Shown piece after piece: positions 36,365 through 51,111 of a stretch of 64,000 nt of DNA. Positions within the stretch are counted from its first letter, which is position 1. The number at the start of each line of letters is the position of its first letter. A program made the position numbers and the translations under genes. This DNA is from Obrimoposthia wandeli (taxonomy: Eukaryota), in the NCBI GenBank assembly GCA_977020255.1, contig CDROCS010000555.1, forward strand, positions 620,001 through 684,000. Reading direction: 5' to 3'. The notes under the pieces are model-generated. The model searched no databases. It saw only the letters and a program-made list of their open reading frames with translations, and was not told where the DNA came from.

Positions 36365-38977
36365 CTGGGCATCAGGACAGAGATTTCAGTAGTTTAGAAA
36401 CCAAACGTGAATTTGCTTTGGAAAGAGAACTGTGCTTAACTTCGCTATTTTTACAGGTGTTTTACAGATCATTATTTCTTGGTGCGACATTTGTAATGGA
36501 TTTCTGATCTGTTAGTCAACGTACAAGCACCAAGATTAGATCGGTGTCACCGGACTAGACCTGCTCTATTATCCAAGTGGGGGTGGGCGGAATTTATTCA
36601 GTTTTTGGATGTAATATATTTATATAATTTGAGTTGTGAAAATCTAGGTATGAAGGAGTTAAACTTGGTAAACTTAGACACAAAAACTAGAAGGGATTTT
36701 CAACAGTTGAAATGTTAAGTTTGTGAGAAATTTAGTTGCCGTGACCGAGAGTTGAATCAGATGTAGCGCATTCTACAACTGATCTATCTCAGCTCATTAT
36801 TTCTCTAGATAAATCAACTAATAATTCGGAATGTAGATTCTAGATTGTCAAAAATTGTCTAAATATTTAACAGAAATTAAAAAATATTTCTGGACGCAAA
36901 ATTGACAGTGGATATATCATATTTATTGGTTACAACATAAGATCTTGAAACAGTTTTAAAATTAACAGATAATCACTCAATAATTTGAAATTTAAAACAT
37001 ATAATTATTAAAATTTTTGAAAACTTTAATATAGTTTATTGACGCAAGTAAATTTTAAGAAAAGATAAATTAATTTTTTTAGTAAATATATCTGTTAATT
37101 TTGATATAGCACTAACCCTTGAATACCTCATGTAAATGTGATAACAAACTAAATTTATAATTCATATTGATCAATTTAAGCTTATTTGATTGTAATTAAT
37201 TTAAGAAAACTTAAATATCCCTTAATTATAAAAGTTAAAAAAATTAATTGTATTTCATTTTAACTGATAATTTTACATAGTTTTACTGGAAAATTTACAG
37301 ATTAATTATATACATAATGTGATGTAAGCTAAATACAAATAATTCTACTATTTCTTCAATTGTGAAGTTTGTTATAATTATCTTAAATAATAAGACATTA
37401 AAATATTTTAAATCTCAATTTGGTTTATAACAGATAAATGAAAAACTGATGTAAAAAATTAGACATATTTTCATATGTTTTAAATATTCTTTCACTTTAG
37501 TTTATTTGTTTCTTGATAAAAACAACAAATGGAAGAAATCTTCGAAATAATTTTAAATTAAATTTTATTTATGAGCACACACATCTTTATCAAAAGTCAC
37601 AATAGAGAAGGCTTCCTTGTTAGTAACAACATTCGAGTCTTAGACATACAATTCAAATATCTAATTATACTCTTAATCATTATGAAAATGTGTATTAGGA
37701 AACAAAGTTGCATATGCAGAAAATCTTCAATAGTAAATGACGTTTTTAAGACCCTGGAAAAATTTTAAAATACGGTTTTCACTAACCTCAAAACAAATTC
37801 ATAATATTTTACTATTTAATAAAGCTGGAATTGACAAGCAAGTTCTACACCTCTAAAAACTCAAGAACTCGAGGCTTCTTTAAGAAGTGAAACAACTCTA
37901 ATCTCAACACTTTGGCCGGAGTAGCCACAAGTTGTACTAACCATATCCAACGGTACCGGTGCCTTTTTGTTCTCATGAATGCAACAGAATCTGCAAGGCA
38001 CTCGCAAACCTATGATAAAAGACGTGGTCAGAACAATTTACGAATTTCGCAACAAATTTTGGTTTGGCATTTTTAGTGTCAATTTATAATTAGAGCTGCA
38101 AATTTCTGTGATTTACAATTAAAGTTTTGAAAATTTTAGATCGTTCTTTTTCACCGACTTGCCACATTTAATAATCAGATTGGTTGACATCTCAACATCT
38201 CAGCCCATTGCACCCAATCATTATACCCTAATACAGCTACAGCAGACCAAGTGCTTGAAATCGTTTGACGCATATCAAATAAAATTATAAAGATCATACT
38301 TCGAATAAATATGCGACTGTTTTCAATTGTACTATGTCTTTGTTTTTCTCTTCAAATAGTTATTCAGGAAAAGTAACTCATTTAAAAGCTCCCTTGACTT
38401 GAATCTTATATAATATTTATTGAGGCAGCTATAAGCTGGCCATAGGGTCGATTTTGAATAAGATGACGATATATTCTTGAAGTATTTCAAAATGATTTGC
38501 TTGCTTTCTGGTAATTCCACAAATTGAATAAAAATAACAAAGCGTTCTTGACATTTGATATATATATCAGAAGATTTGCAGATGAATATGGAATTCTGAT
38601 TTTCTTCGGATACAGAAATTGACGAATCCATCAGTAAAAAAAGGAAAACGCTGGTTTGAAATAAAATAGAAGAATAAAATAAATTATAATCAAATACAAT
38701 TTTTATCAATATTCATCACATTGTGTTGGTTGTATATTTATTACTAGCGTTGTTTAATAGTATAAAATACAATTTTTCACAGTACTGCACATTTAACTAC
38801 ATTAATGAATTTCTTTTGATATGACTAAACTGCTTCGGTCTGCGAGCTCGTCAATTTATATGTTGAATTTCAAACAATGCAAAACTGTTGTATTTAAACT
38901 ATTTTGAAGTATTGAAATTTTACAAGAAAGAATGGCTATTTAGAATAATAGATTTGATATAGAGCTACCGGTCTAAC

Positions 38978-39355
38978 CATCAATGGGGGTCAGATTGTCG
39001 GCTGCTGCTGAGGCAGCAGCGGAGGCAGCAGTGCTGGCCACAGAGTTGCACATGTCCCCATTGTAGAGGAACCGTGAGGGTGGCTGCTGGCACGGAATAC
39101 GGAAAGGAGATGGTGTGGGGCTGTGGTTGGTGCCCCCTCGCAAGGACGGAGAGCAAGACGAGGCCGGCAAGCTAGTTGTCGCCGTATTTGTTGACAGTCG
39201 ATGCAATGCCTTGTTGTAGGCCTGCTGCTGCTGTTGATGATGATGATGTTGCAGGTGCTGTTGGGGGTAGTAGTGCAGAGGAGTGTCTGTATCCATGACG
39301 ACCGTGGGGAGGTGATACAGTGAGGCTGATGCGTAGTCCGTATTTGAGCTACCAC
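38978..39355 (-). CDS. DDR-like RTK exon b (Tyr/His/Gln/Ala-rich juxtamembrane region)
   Basis: acceptor ctgcag, donor G/GTTAGA; 378 nt, phase 1 to 1; reads GSSNTDYASASLYHLP...HHHHQQQQQ...DNLTPID. Confidence 0.8.
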
Positions 39356-42300
39356 CTGCAGTCCATACTTGTGTATTATCAAAGTTCCATATTCAGAAGA
39401 ATTTCATAAATTAAAGGGGACTATTCAAATATATTAGCAAGTATTTCCAAATTGAGGAAAATTAAAACTGCTGTTAAAATGACGACTACCAATTTCCAAT
39501 TAAATGAGAGAAACCAAACTCAGTAGATTGAGTGTGCTAGTGAATACGTTGAAAGTATGCACAAAAGATTTTCCATTTCCAGAAAATGTGATTTTATTGT
39601 CATTTGAATCAAAATTAGCATTATGTTGTTCGAATAAATTAAATAATAGAGAAAATTACTAATAAATTTCTTAATAATTATTATGAATTTGTTTCAAAAT
39701 ATCAATATATAAGAACTATTTTGTTTTTTACACAATATGCACAATTGTAAATAATGTTCACCCAGGATGTTTTTTAAATAAACTAATGTTTGTTTTATTA
39801 TATTATTTTTTAAATTTCAACCAAAACATTTTAAATTTTCCACGATTTACTAACATCCAAATCTTTAATTTACACATCAATAATATATTGATCTAGGCGA
39901 GTGCTTGCTGACAATAATTTAGTGTCCATAAACTAATAATAAAATAGCAAACAAAACTTATTTAGAAATTAAAAATACCTTACAAACAAAAATAAAAGTT
40001 ATCAAGCAACCAAATAAAAAATAAACGCAAATGGTAAAATACGTTTTTTTTGTAACAATAATAATTTAAAAGATATACCCAACTTTGTTTAATCAATTCT
40101 ATATTTAGATATCTTGAAAGTTTTTTTTTAAATTTGGAGAAATAAACAAAAATTTCAAACTTGTAAACTTAAAAATTGATTGAGAATGATAGAAAATACA
40201 ATCTATACTATCGTTTATTTGAGGGTGGGTAGTTTTGAATATTTGGTAAAATATCTTATCGCGAGAAAACTTATTGACAATGAAGCTCGACGTTGCAAGG
40301 AAAATCTGTTGTAGCAATCTGTTGATGTTAAAACATACTCAAAATATCCTCACCCTGTAATTTCAATTATGGTGTTGCAGATAGAGACATGAAGATTAAT
40401 TCTAGAAACTAAATTGAACTTCTTAGAAAGGTTTAGAAGGAAATAATACAGCCGAGTAGTAGGGGATGTGTTTTTGTATAATCCATCTCACTTCGCGACT
40501 CACTAGTCACACTATATTAATAGAGCCTACTGAGTCCGCGGGGAGCTTCACAGTTCTAAAAGCCTATGTGACTCTCCGACGCGCTCAGATTCCATTCCAC
40601 GCTCTGCGGTTGGGGAGGAACTCGACGATCCCATGTGTTTTTTAGTATTTGTAAAATACGTAAACTGCATAGACGTAAGAACTGATACTCTATCAGTAAT
40701 TTCAGTAGAATATATTTCTGAAATTTAAATTTGAAGCTATTCGAACCTAAGAGGTTGGCAAATAAGTGCAATCACCTGCTTGTACTCACTTTTAATAGAA
40801 CTCAAGTATCTCATTTGCTTAATCTGTCAGTTATAGTCTATGGACCTGACTGCCTTTGTAGATTTTTCACTTCAAATACAAACACGAAATTTCATTTCAG
40901 GGTGAATTAGACTGAACACATCTATCTACTCCTAGTTTATTATCAATTTAGCTAACATAATTCCCGAATGTGTTCACTAACTGAGTTCTGGTTATATTTT
41001 TTAATAAATTACTGAAATAAATTGACTAAAAATCATTACAAACTCAAAAATGTGAAATAACGTATGAATGAAATAAAAAGGAAATATTGCAACAATATTC
41101 GATTTACATTATGTGAATTGAAATCTGTTCATAATTATAATGTAATTTTAGAACAGTTTGTGAAATTAATTATTTCTACCGTACTTCTTAGGTTATGAAC
41201 TGAAAATGAAGATAAAAATAAAATAATTTGACCTAACGGGGGTTGAAGTAATTTTCTCAAACTTAATAGAACACATGTTATTTTCATTTCTGTTTTTTTA
41301 CAAAATATGATAAGATAATTTTAATTTAACACTATAAAGAAACACAAATATTAGAAAGTTTTAGAAAAATCCGTTGAACTTCTATAATTAATTTCGAATA
41401 ATAGTTAATATTTAGACTTTAGTGAGAGCAAACATTTTTGATGATAAGTAGATTCTTGAATTCAAATCTGCCATTGATCGATATTCAATGGAGTCTCATT
41501 AAATGATCACTTGTCAAGCTATGTTTTTCAATTTGAATTTAATTCTCACAGCTTTGATCATTTTTTTGAAAGGATCTTAATTGATAGGCTGGATTATTAA
41601 ACAGTAAAGAATTTCGAAAATCAAGTCTTGATGTAATAATCGCTTGCGTTAGCATTGTTGATATCTCAGCAAATGTGATTTCATAGCCAATAGAATCAAA
41701 ATCAACATAAAATGGTCAGAAAAAATTAAAAAAGGAGAAATTAATAATTATTTTGAATTTATTTTAAAGACACCAGAAAAATAAAACAATCTTGTTTTAT
41801 AAAAATTTAAAAAAAAAACATAATCGAAATATATATTTAATTATCCATTTTATATACGAAATTAAAGTCGAACTGAACTAATTGAATTGATCGTGAATCA
41901 GATAAATGTATTCAAAATTTATTTGGTTTTTAAAAAGTGAACAATTCTCAGCATTTCTATGGAATAAATTACAGCTAAACTAAAACTCAAACCCTCCATC
42001 TTAGAAGTTCCTTTAATATGTGCTGATTCAAAGTAACTGTTTTAAATTCAATTCTTACTGTTTACGAAATATAACAACAAAAATATTTCAAAATGTAATA
42101 ATTTTTGTTTCGATGGATACTTTTATTGATCTATGATGTGAATGTATTTTGTATGGGTAAAACAAGATAACTGCCAAAATGTTAAATGATGTTGTGAAAA
42201 TCATGTTCCCATTTCAATATATCCTCAACGTTGCTTAAACACCAAAAATGACACCAAATAATTTTGACTTTGAAGTTCAACATTACAATCTAAGGGTATA

Positions 42301-43147
42301 ATTTATACATTAGGACTTGATACAAAAATCTTCTCTAAAATTAAATTTGAAAAAATATAAAATATCCCATTGAAAACCTTTCTGGGTCAGATGGATATTT
42401 ACTGGCTCTACCGAGGTATTTTCGGTGCAGAGCTAAAGTAAACAATTCCGATGTTTGGGTCTATAACTGGGTTTGTCACATTCACAAATCGGTACAATAC
42501 ATTTCACCGCTCCTACACAACTTTTTGTGATAAAATTTAATTGAAGAATTTTAAAATTTTAATTTTTTTGATAAGTTTGAGTTTACCTTTCCAATTTGAT
42601 GTCGGATATAAAATTAAGAGAAGATAAACGGTACGGCCTGATAACTTTAAAGTCTTAATATATTTCAGGTTAGTTTTTTTGTTTTATATTTTGTTTGTTA
42701 GTTTTATATCTTTATATCTATTTAATAATTTTAGTTCTGATTACATACACTACAATAACCCATTATTATATCATTAAATGCCTTAAAATCAGGTTTAAAA
42801 CCTATACAGAGTATGTATTTTTCTTAGGTTTGTTGCTAAATGGTATCAGGGCTCTACATTTCTTCAAGCTGGGGTCTGTGTGGACCTTTACACTTGAACA
42901 TAGACGATGACAGAAGCGCTTCTAAGATAAATGCAAAAGTTGAAGTGGCTTTTATTAAATTAAAATAAATATACATCTTTAATTAAATTGTCTCGGAATT
43001 TATGTTGCCTATCATGTTTTCTTACAAATGAAAAATAATGTGCATTCTGTGTTGTTTTTTCATTTTCTTCTTTTTAAAGTTTCAGAGCGTACAAACAATC
43101 GGGCCAAGCTTCAAGAATATTTCCCAGGTATAGAATGTAAATCTCAC

Positions 43148-43482
43148 CTATGCTACCATCGATGCTGTTGCGTGTGTAAGGGTTGGTGGTGTAGGGCTGG
43201 TCGGTGGTGGTGGCAGCGTGCTGCGATAAGCGCTTGCTGGTGGTAGCGGGGCCACACGGAGCCACTGTTGCCTGGAGGAGGCCATCGACGCTGCTGCTGC
43301 CGATACCCAGCCTCAGACCAGCCCCTGCCACGTCATAGTCGGCACCCACTCCGTACCCAGACCGGCTCGACACGGTTGTCGTGTAGTCCCGGCCCGGTGG
43401 GGGCCCACACACGGTCCCCGGGGGGTGTCCCATCACGGGGTAGTTCAGGAAGGCATCTGGTGGGTGTCCAGTACATGAGTAT
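43148..43482 (-). CDS. DDR-like receptor tyrosine (pseudo)kinase, juxtamembrane exon a (most 5' exon confidently placed)
   Basis: GC-rich open frame YSCTGHPPDAFLNYPVMGHPP...NSIDGSI; acceptor tgacag, donor G/GTGAGA; 335 nt, phase 2 to 1, compatible with the next exon. Confidence 0.8.
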
Positions 43483-44619
43483 CTGTCACTTTATATTACC
43501 GAAAATGTTAATGCACCTTATTTTCTGAGGAATTCTATTCTTTGATTAAACATATTTCTATGTAATTTGGAATTAAATTTCATTTTCTATACGTTGATTT
43601 TAGAATCTATTAGAAAACAATCCTTACAAGAATGGTTACAGAACATTCAACTTCATCCCATTTTCCTTCTGTGAACAAAAAATAACTGTGTGTTAATGTT
43701 TTTCTTAGTTGCTGGTTTTTGTTCAATATTAGTTACTTGAAATATTACTTTTAGTTATTTGTGGAAATAAAGTAAATTAATGAAATAAATCATTTACATT
43801 CAACAGCAATACAAGTCAAAATTTTCTCCTTGTCTTAGATATCTTTCGCAGAAAAAATGTTTAACTATTTTATACACTACATGATTCTGTAATTGGAAAG
43901 GATTTTGAAAGACTTGATATTTATCTCCGAAGCCGGTAAGTTTAACGTCGAAGTAATACGAGAACTTAATTGACTTAATTTTTGATTTTCAATTACGAGC
44001 AAAGTTCAAAGAACTTTCATTTAATGAATTCTGGTGTAACTTTTTGAAGGAGTGCCGACGTATTTAAGTGACAGCATTTTCGCATTTTACTGTAATTAAA
44101 ACAAAATGTCGACGTAAGCTTGGCGTTGCATCAGATCTTTGATGATTCATTTATCAAGTTTGGTTCCGTAATATCTCACCAGGATTCATAATACAAAAAC
44201 ACAGACTCATACATCCCATTAGATCTTGAAAGTAGTATTAGCTAAAGCTAAATGTTTTTACGTATATTTTGGTTAATTTGACAATTTTTCTTCTCCTTTT
44301 ATGAAAATGTTATTATTAAAAAACACCAATAACTTCTTTCCGAATTAAAAAAGCCATTTCCTATTTGAAAACGTATGCACTTATTTTAAGAATTCCGTAG
44401 AAAGTCAATTAGATTAAACGTGTACCGTGAGAAAAATGGTTTGGTAATTAATGTCTTATAGAGATGGTGAAAATTTAACAAAAGTACATATATTAGTCTA
44501 TTAGATAAGTCTTTACGATTATTTATCAAAATGAAACAAATAAAAAAATCATCATCATTATATAAATAACTCAAATGATCTTCTAGATATGCACTTGTTC
44601 TAACGTTTTGGATGTTTCA

Positions 44620-45330
44620 AAAATCCATTTTGATAGAAATCCGAAGGTTTTAAAGGGAATCCATTGTGTAGTATATCCATTGCATTTTTGACATACGTTA
44701 AATCTTGCCTCTCAGGGCTGATTTATTTGGCAAAATGGGTAGACATTGTTCCGTATTAAATCAGAACGTAGGTGGGACGAGATACAGTGTCAAACACTAG
44801 CTCTCCCATAATTTGATAAGTTGAAGTTGCTGCATGTGGTCGAGCGTTGTCGTGAAGGTAAAATTTATTACTCACTGAATTGCTTCTACCGATATAACTA
44901 CAATGTTTCACAAATATTGCAGTTTTAATTTATCTAGTTTATGGATGATTTCGAGATATTAACAAAATACGCAGTGCATCCAATAAAACCGTCGCTTTTT
45001 GATTGTCATGTTTCTTAATGGAACAGTAGACGGTTTTTGTACTAATCTAGACCTCGGCACATATACTGCACCAGTAAATGATCGTTGTACATATGAAAGA
45101 GTTGTTGACAAACATCAACTTGTTGCTTGTTTACGGGTGACAGTTTATGAGAGACCTGTACATTTGCCAAATACCACTTTCTCATTGACAAGTAATTTCC
45201 CTATTCCGTGTTGCTAGATAAATAAAATGCCTGACTTATCTGTATTACATGGTGTATGTCATTACCACGTTTTTTGTCTTCCAAATCCATATTTGATCGT
45301 CTACGGCGATTTTTGTCACTCACATAAAAA
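44620..45330 (-). mobile_element. mariner transposase remnant
   Basis: LSMRK...HKLSPVNKQQ.VDVCQQL and HDNARPHAA. Confidence 0.75.
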
Positions 45331-48300
45331 TCACGGTTCTGGAATATGTTAATTCATTTCCTGTATGTACTCCAGCTCACAGTGCCTTTTCCTATCATGT
45401 TTTTCACTTTTTTCTCGGTTTCAATTTGTGTGGGTGATATTTTCAGCAAAAGTTATTTTTTATATTTCTTGTAAACATAGGAATCTATCTTTTGCCAATA
45501 ATTATTTGATGTCATTCAGTATGTAAAACAATGGATTATCTTTCATAAACAACTATCATAGATGTTATGTAGAAAATGGGATTTTTGAATCCATTGAAAA
45601 AAGATTATCCCTTGATTGCACAAAAATACTTTTGGAACGAAACTATAACTGTTAACCAAGCATTTGTTGAAAAAACTTTCAAATGTTGATACTCCTTCCA
45701 ACTAAACAGTGTAAACTATATACAAGAAATTTCAAGAATCCGGTATGAAAGACTTGAATCTAAAATTGAAGACTAAATTGATTTTATCATTGAGTTGTTG
45801 CTGCCTGTGACCAAGACCACATCCCATTCCACAATCTTGCTTAATGTTCAAATTAATGTTCCATATTTAAAATCCTAAAATTTCAAATACAACTTAGAAT
45901 TTTTTTATTATCCTTTTAAAAAATGTTTAAGCAGTAAAATTTAGGAATAGTAATGTTAAAACAATTAAAAGTAATTAATTAGCTAAATTAAAAAGTTGAA
46001 TAACTTTAATTAGAAAGATCGCGCACACACACAGAATTAATATTAACATAATTGATTAAAATTTCTAATTTATATTTTCTGACTTGTACATCAATATCTT
46101 TAGGTTGCGTGAATTTAAGGACAATCAATAGAATCTGTCAATGTGAATGGCAGGAAGTTTTTCAGTAAACAAAGGTTTGCCGCTAGGTTATACATATTAA
46201 ATCACATGTAAAATCTAAGGACATGCTTCAGGTTTCAGCTCAAGAACGGTAAACTGACTAGGTACTAGAAGAAGCCTTACCTTCCATTTTCAACACATCA
46301 CATCTCGTGTCAATGGCTCTAAGCAATATTCAAATATAATTGTGTTATTTTAATTTTGAACTCCAATACATAAAATTATGCTTTTTGTTTGTTTTATAAG
46401 TAAAATAATAAGTAGTTGGGCAAATAAATCTATGTGAATATAGAACACTTTGTACAGCCTTTTAAGTGTGTTTTGGTTTTTTTCTATTTTTGAAGTGTAA
46501 ATTTACAGTTAATTCAATACATTTCAAAATTACAAAAAATCATTAAAAGGTTGTTTTTATAAAGTTGTTATAAAAATCATCCTGTTCATCAGATTGAAAC
46601 AATGTCACAAATAAATCGATGAGCCAAATTTCCTGGCCGATATCAGCAAATTATGGAAACGAAACAAAATAGAATCCTGTTTAATAAAATAAGGTTGTGA
46701 ATTTAATGTAAAAATGTGGTATTGTTATAAAATATTATGAAACGCAAAAATTACAACCCTGACAAAGTAATGCCGAGCTTTCTGACGGCAAAGTTAATTC
46801 AATCGGATTCTGCAACGAAGAACAAACTAGAGCATTTTAGAATGCACAGAGTTTCTCTATATCGCAATTATTCCATAAGTAAAATTTCGCTAATCGAGTT
46901 TCGAGTGCTGAGTAAGAAACCATTAAACTTATCAGATGTGTAACAATTAAAAAGAAACCTTATTACTCACAATGGGATCAGAATTGACATTAGGAGAACC
47001 ATTTGTCAACAATCTTTGACAAGAATAAATAGTGTTTATTAATTCAAACTTATTTTACTTGACTTGCTTTACTTGAATTAATATTTTCTACAAATTTATG
47101 AAAAGTCAAACTCAAGTTTTACTTAAACGTACTACTTAAAAATGAAAGTGGTAAATCACGTAATATAATAAAATAATAAACCTTTTCCAAATATATCAAT
47201 AAGAAATGAGATTATTTTTGTACTTTTACTACTTATCGAATTGTATTTCCTTGATAAAGTGGCTCATTCAAATTGTAGATTTTGAGAAATCACTTATTCC
47301 AACAAATATGGCTTATTTTACATATCAGGTATGCACAAAATGGGAAATACGATTTTTCATTTTTATAATTTTTTTCGCTAGTGCACATTTCGTTATGAAA
47401 TGAAAGGAAATTATTTCAGAAAAGTGGCTAAGATTTCTTGTTGCTGTTGCTGTCGGCTAATTGGCTCCTTATATTGCTGATCGAATTCCTCTTATGAATC
47501 AGTAGCAGACTCCGATGCACCGCTTCAGTTGTGGTCTCGGAACGATTATCCGCAGAAAGTTTCCACAAAAACTAAATTGAATGTCTAATAATCCATGTAA
47601 GCCTAATGGATGCAAATTCTTCATCTGTACTCTCAGGCTCATGTAGCTCCTATCTTATATTTCTTTCATCGTTTCTCGACTCAACTGCTGCCCAGTAACT
47701 TGTCCTCAATACGTTATGCCATACGCATGTTTATGAAAATTTAAAACCCTGCTTAATTGGAACTTCTTATTCCCATTTCAAAGACTTATTCCAATTAGTA
47801 AAAAAATTAAAAAATATGCCATTTTCAGATATGAAAACCCACCATCAATTCTTTATTAACTTAAAATGTTTGTCATTAAGTCCAGAACAGTCAAGAAAAA
47901 TGTTTCGATATGCAGTCAAGTTCAGTTTATAATTTTTATTCGTTTTAGTCCATTCATAAATAAAGAGTATGAATATTGGTATAAATTAGTAACTTAAACA
48001 CGTTCATCAAATTTTTCACTGGTCAATTGACCGGTATGGCTGTTCTTGGTGTAATTAAAATTTGGTCGTCGTTGTGTTAAATATGTAGACAAAAGCATTA
48101 CACAACATTTATTCAAATAATTTGATTGTGTATTACTGTTAAAGTATTTTTAAAGGTTGTGTTCACTTTTGAAAACATAATGTACTCTAATTATAATTCT
48201 ATTACGTTTTTTATTGAATTATCTCTATAAACACTTATTGAACAGGTAACTTCAAATAATTTATCATATTATAAAGTGTATTTTTTGAAAAAAACCCTAT

Positions 48301-51034
48301 CGAAGTTATAAGCATATAAGCACTTTTTAAAACCCCTACACTATTCGCTTGATAAATATGCCTGCAACAAACTCCAACAAAGTACATATATACTGTTTAT
48401 CTTGTTTTTTAGCTTTTTGAGTAGGCTTTTCGCAAGCCATATTCAGTTAAGAACTCATCAGTCAAAAGCAAAGTTAAATTATGAAATAACTTCGAAATAA
48501 ACACTAATAATAATAATAATAATGTAGCCATGTTCGAAGTTGTATGGTTCTACAGTTTGTAAAGTGATCATTCGTACTGTATTTCAGTGGATTGACCAAT
48601 ATTCGACTAATTCTCCCGCAAATGTTGTGCATTATTATTTTTGTTCAAATTTACGGTTTGATTACTTTCTTTTGTAACCATGTAGTTAAATTTATATAAG
48701 TTTAAGACTTAGACCCAAATGTATGCATTAAAATCTCATTAAGGAAAGCTAAATTCCAAAACTGCTCATATTATGAACAATGAGCTACTAGGGTTTATTC
48801 TAATAATTTTAATAAGGTTCGGTCATTTACACACGATTTTCGTTTGCGTGAAGTGATCGTTTGGAATCATCCTTCGAATCATTATTTGATAGAGGAAAAT
48901 AAATTTGCAAATATTGATATTATTTCCACCTCTCTAAATCAATAATAATTAGTCAGCTATAAAATTTTTATATTCAAGTTTTTAGTTTTCCTTTCTTTTT
49001 ATTAATGTACTTCAAGACCAATCAACAACGACACCATTGAAGTATAAGAAAAGAAGCTGTGCATTCACAACAAATTTGAAGAAGGTTTATAGAATGTTAT
49101 GGAAATACAACGACATCAAATTCAATGTTCACTAAAAAAGCAACAGGGAATTTTTAATCTCTTTTGGTGGCAGAAGAGACATAGCGAGTGAAAAACACAA
49201 ATCAGATTAAAAAAACATATTTTAAATTGATTATGAAGTTAGAACAATGGTCAACACATTTTGAGGACATTTCAGGTTTCAGTTGAAAGTAGTTCGAAAT
49301 ATATCTCCAAATTTTCCAAATTATTCAATGATAGAAAAAAATTTATTTAATGAAATTCATTCATTTTTTAAAAATGCATGTGAAAGTAAAATTCCCCAAT
49401 GGGACCAAAATAAAACAAGTGACGATCTACGTTGGTTAGAGATTTTAAAGCATTTTAAAATCGAGGATATCCTTGCGAAAATCTAGAAATTGCAAAGTTT
49501 GTTTTGTGGGCCAGGATCAAATACCGCATGCGAAAGAAAAATTTAGAATAATTTGAACGCAATTGTAAGTTGATACTTTAAAAGCTATGGTGATGATGAA
49601 AGGAAATTATATGCATATATACTGAATAAGAAAGAAATTCTTAAGAGTATACTGTAGTGAAAAATAGTGAAAGGGTAAAGTAGAAACCGAATTCATTGAT
49701 TATTGATTTAATATCGATCATGAATGTAATTATTTGTGGAAATATGAGCAATGGAAATAAATTTTAAGGTATTTATGTCGGATTACATATATTTTTTTGT
49801 TTATCATGCAAGGTATATTTTTGGTTTCGTCCTTTTTCAGTTGTATAAATACATGTATCTAAACATTGTATAAATTTGAAATTTTTATGGAAAGTATATT
49901 AGGTAGCAAAAAACCCAGTAAATTCGTCGGTCATTCACTCGATTTTAATATTATATCTAAATGATCGTATCATGAACTTAGATGTTTTAGAGTTGTTTTC
50001 CAAAATTATTAAATTCACAGATAAATTAATGAAATTATGATGATTAAACCGCTAAACTCGTGTGTAAAATGTATGTGTAATTTTTTCTTAATGCAACTGT
50101 TAATTAATTTTCGTGAAACCATATATGTGGTGGATATTTTGTCAAAATTAAGAAGCCAAATAAAATATTAATCTTTGCAATTTTGTAATATCAGAATTAT
50201 TTGCTCTGATTTTGCAATTTACAGTATTTTTTCATTTACCACTGCACAAAAATTAGGGTTTTCTCGCGATTTTTAAGTCGCAATGTTAGATTATATATTA
50301 AATAGGTCTCAAGAAAGATTCGTTCATTAGGTTGCACTACCAACAAAACATTTGCTACTGAAATAAAATATAAATTTCTAAAATAATTTGATAGTTCTGA
50401 AAATAAATCTGGCATTTATTTTTGCCTAGCATATCCAGTCCTTCAATCAAATCCAATTATAACCACTACAAAATAAATTATTGGCTTCTACAATCCACAA
50501 TGGCAACATGTATCCTTATATTCCACTAACGCGTGTTGTTTCAATGAACATATCGTGGGGTACACAAAACTCGAGTGATTTTTGTTTGTTAGTGTCAGCG
50601 GAGATGATGCCAGTTACTTCACCGATAAAATAGGGCTTATCTGACATAAATTATGCATCTACCCTTAGTGAAGATAGGTAAATTCATCTTACCCCTCTTC
50701 AAATTAAAGCCCCTGAAAAATCGCTACAGTTTTTAGTATCTTAACAAAAATCAACGGTCCATTGATCAGGGATATTTTCAATAACAAAAATTCGACAACA
50801 GTTTCATTGAGTAAGATCTGGCTGTGTGGCGATCATTTAATGTGGTAGTTACAACATAATTCAGCTGACTTCATTGGAATTGTTACAGCACACTGACCCA
50901 AATGACAAAATTGAAGTATGCTAAATTTCGTATTTTTCTGCATATCTTCGCACAGATGACCCGACAATATCAAATAGGCACCAAATAAAAAATGTGAACC
51001 CCAAATCATAGTCTAGGTAGCTATAAGAGTAGTA

Positions 51035-51111
51035 TATAGTGTCGGTACTAAACCAAAGGAACCTAACCTCCCCGGGGGGGTAGGTTCCTTTGGTTTAGTA
51101 CCAACACTATA
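51035..51111. repeat. 31-bp-arm inverted repeat (hairpin) with G/C-rich centre
   Basis: 51035-51065 tatagtgtcggtactaaaccaaaggaaccta pairs with 51081-51111, one mismatch. Confidence 0.95.

Noticed and set aside
40490-40630. GC-rich patch as an extra RTK exon
   Set aside because: No frame with compatible splice sites, and exons a and b already join in phase.
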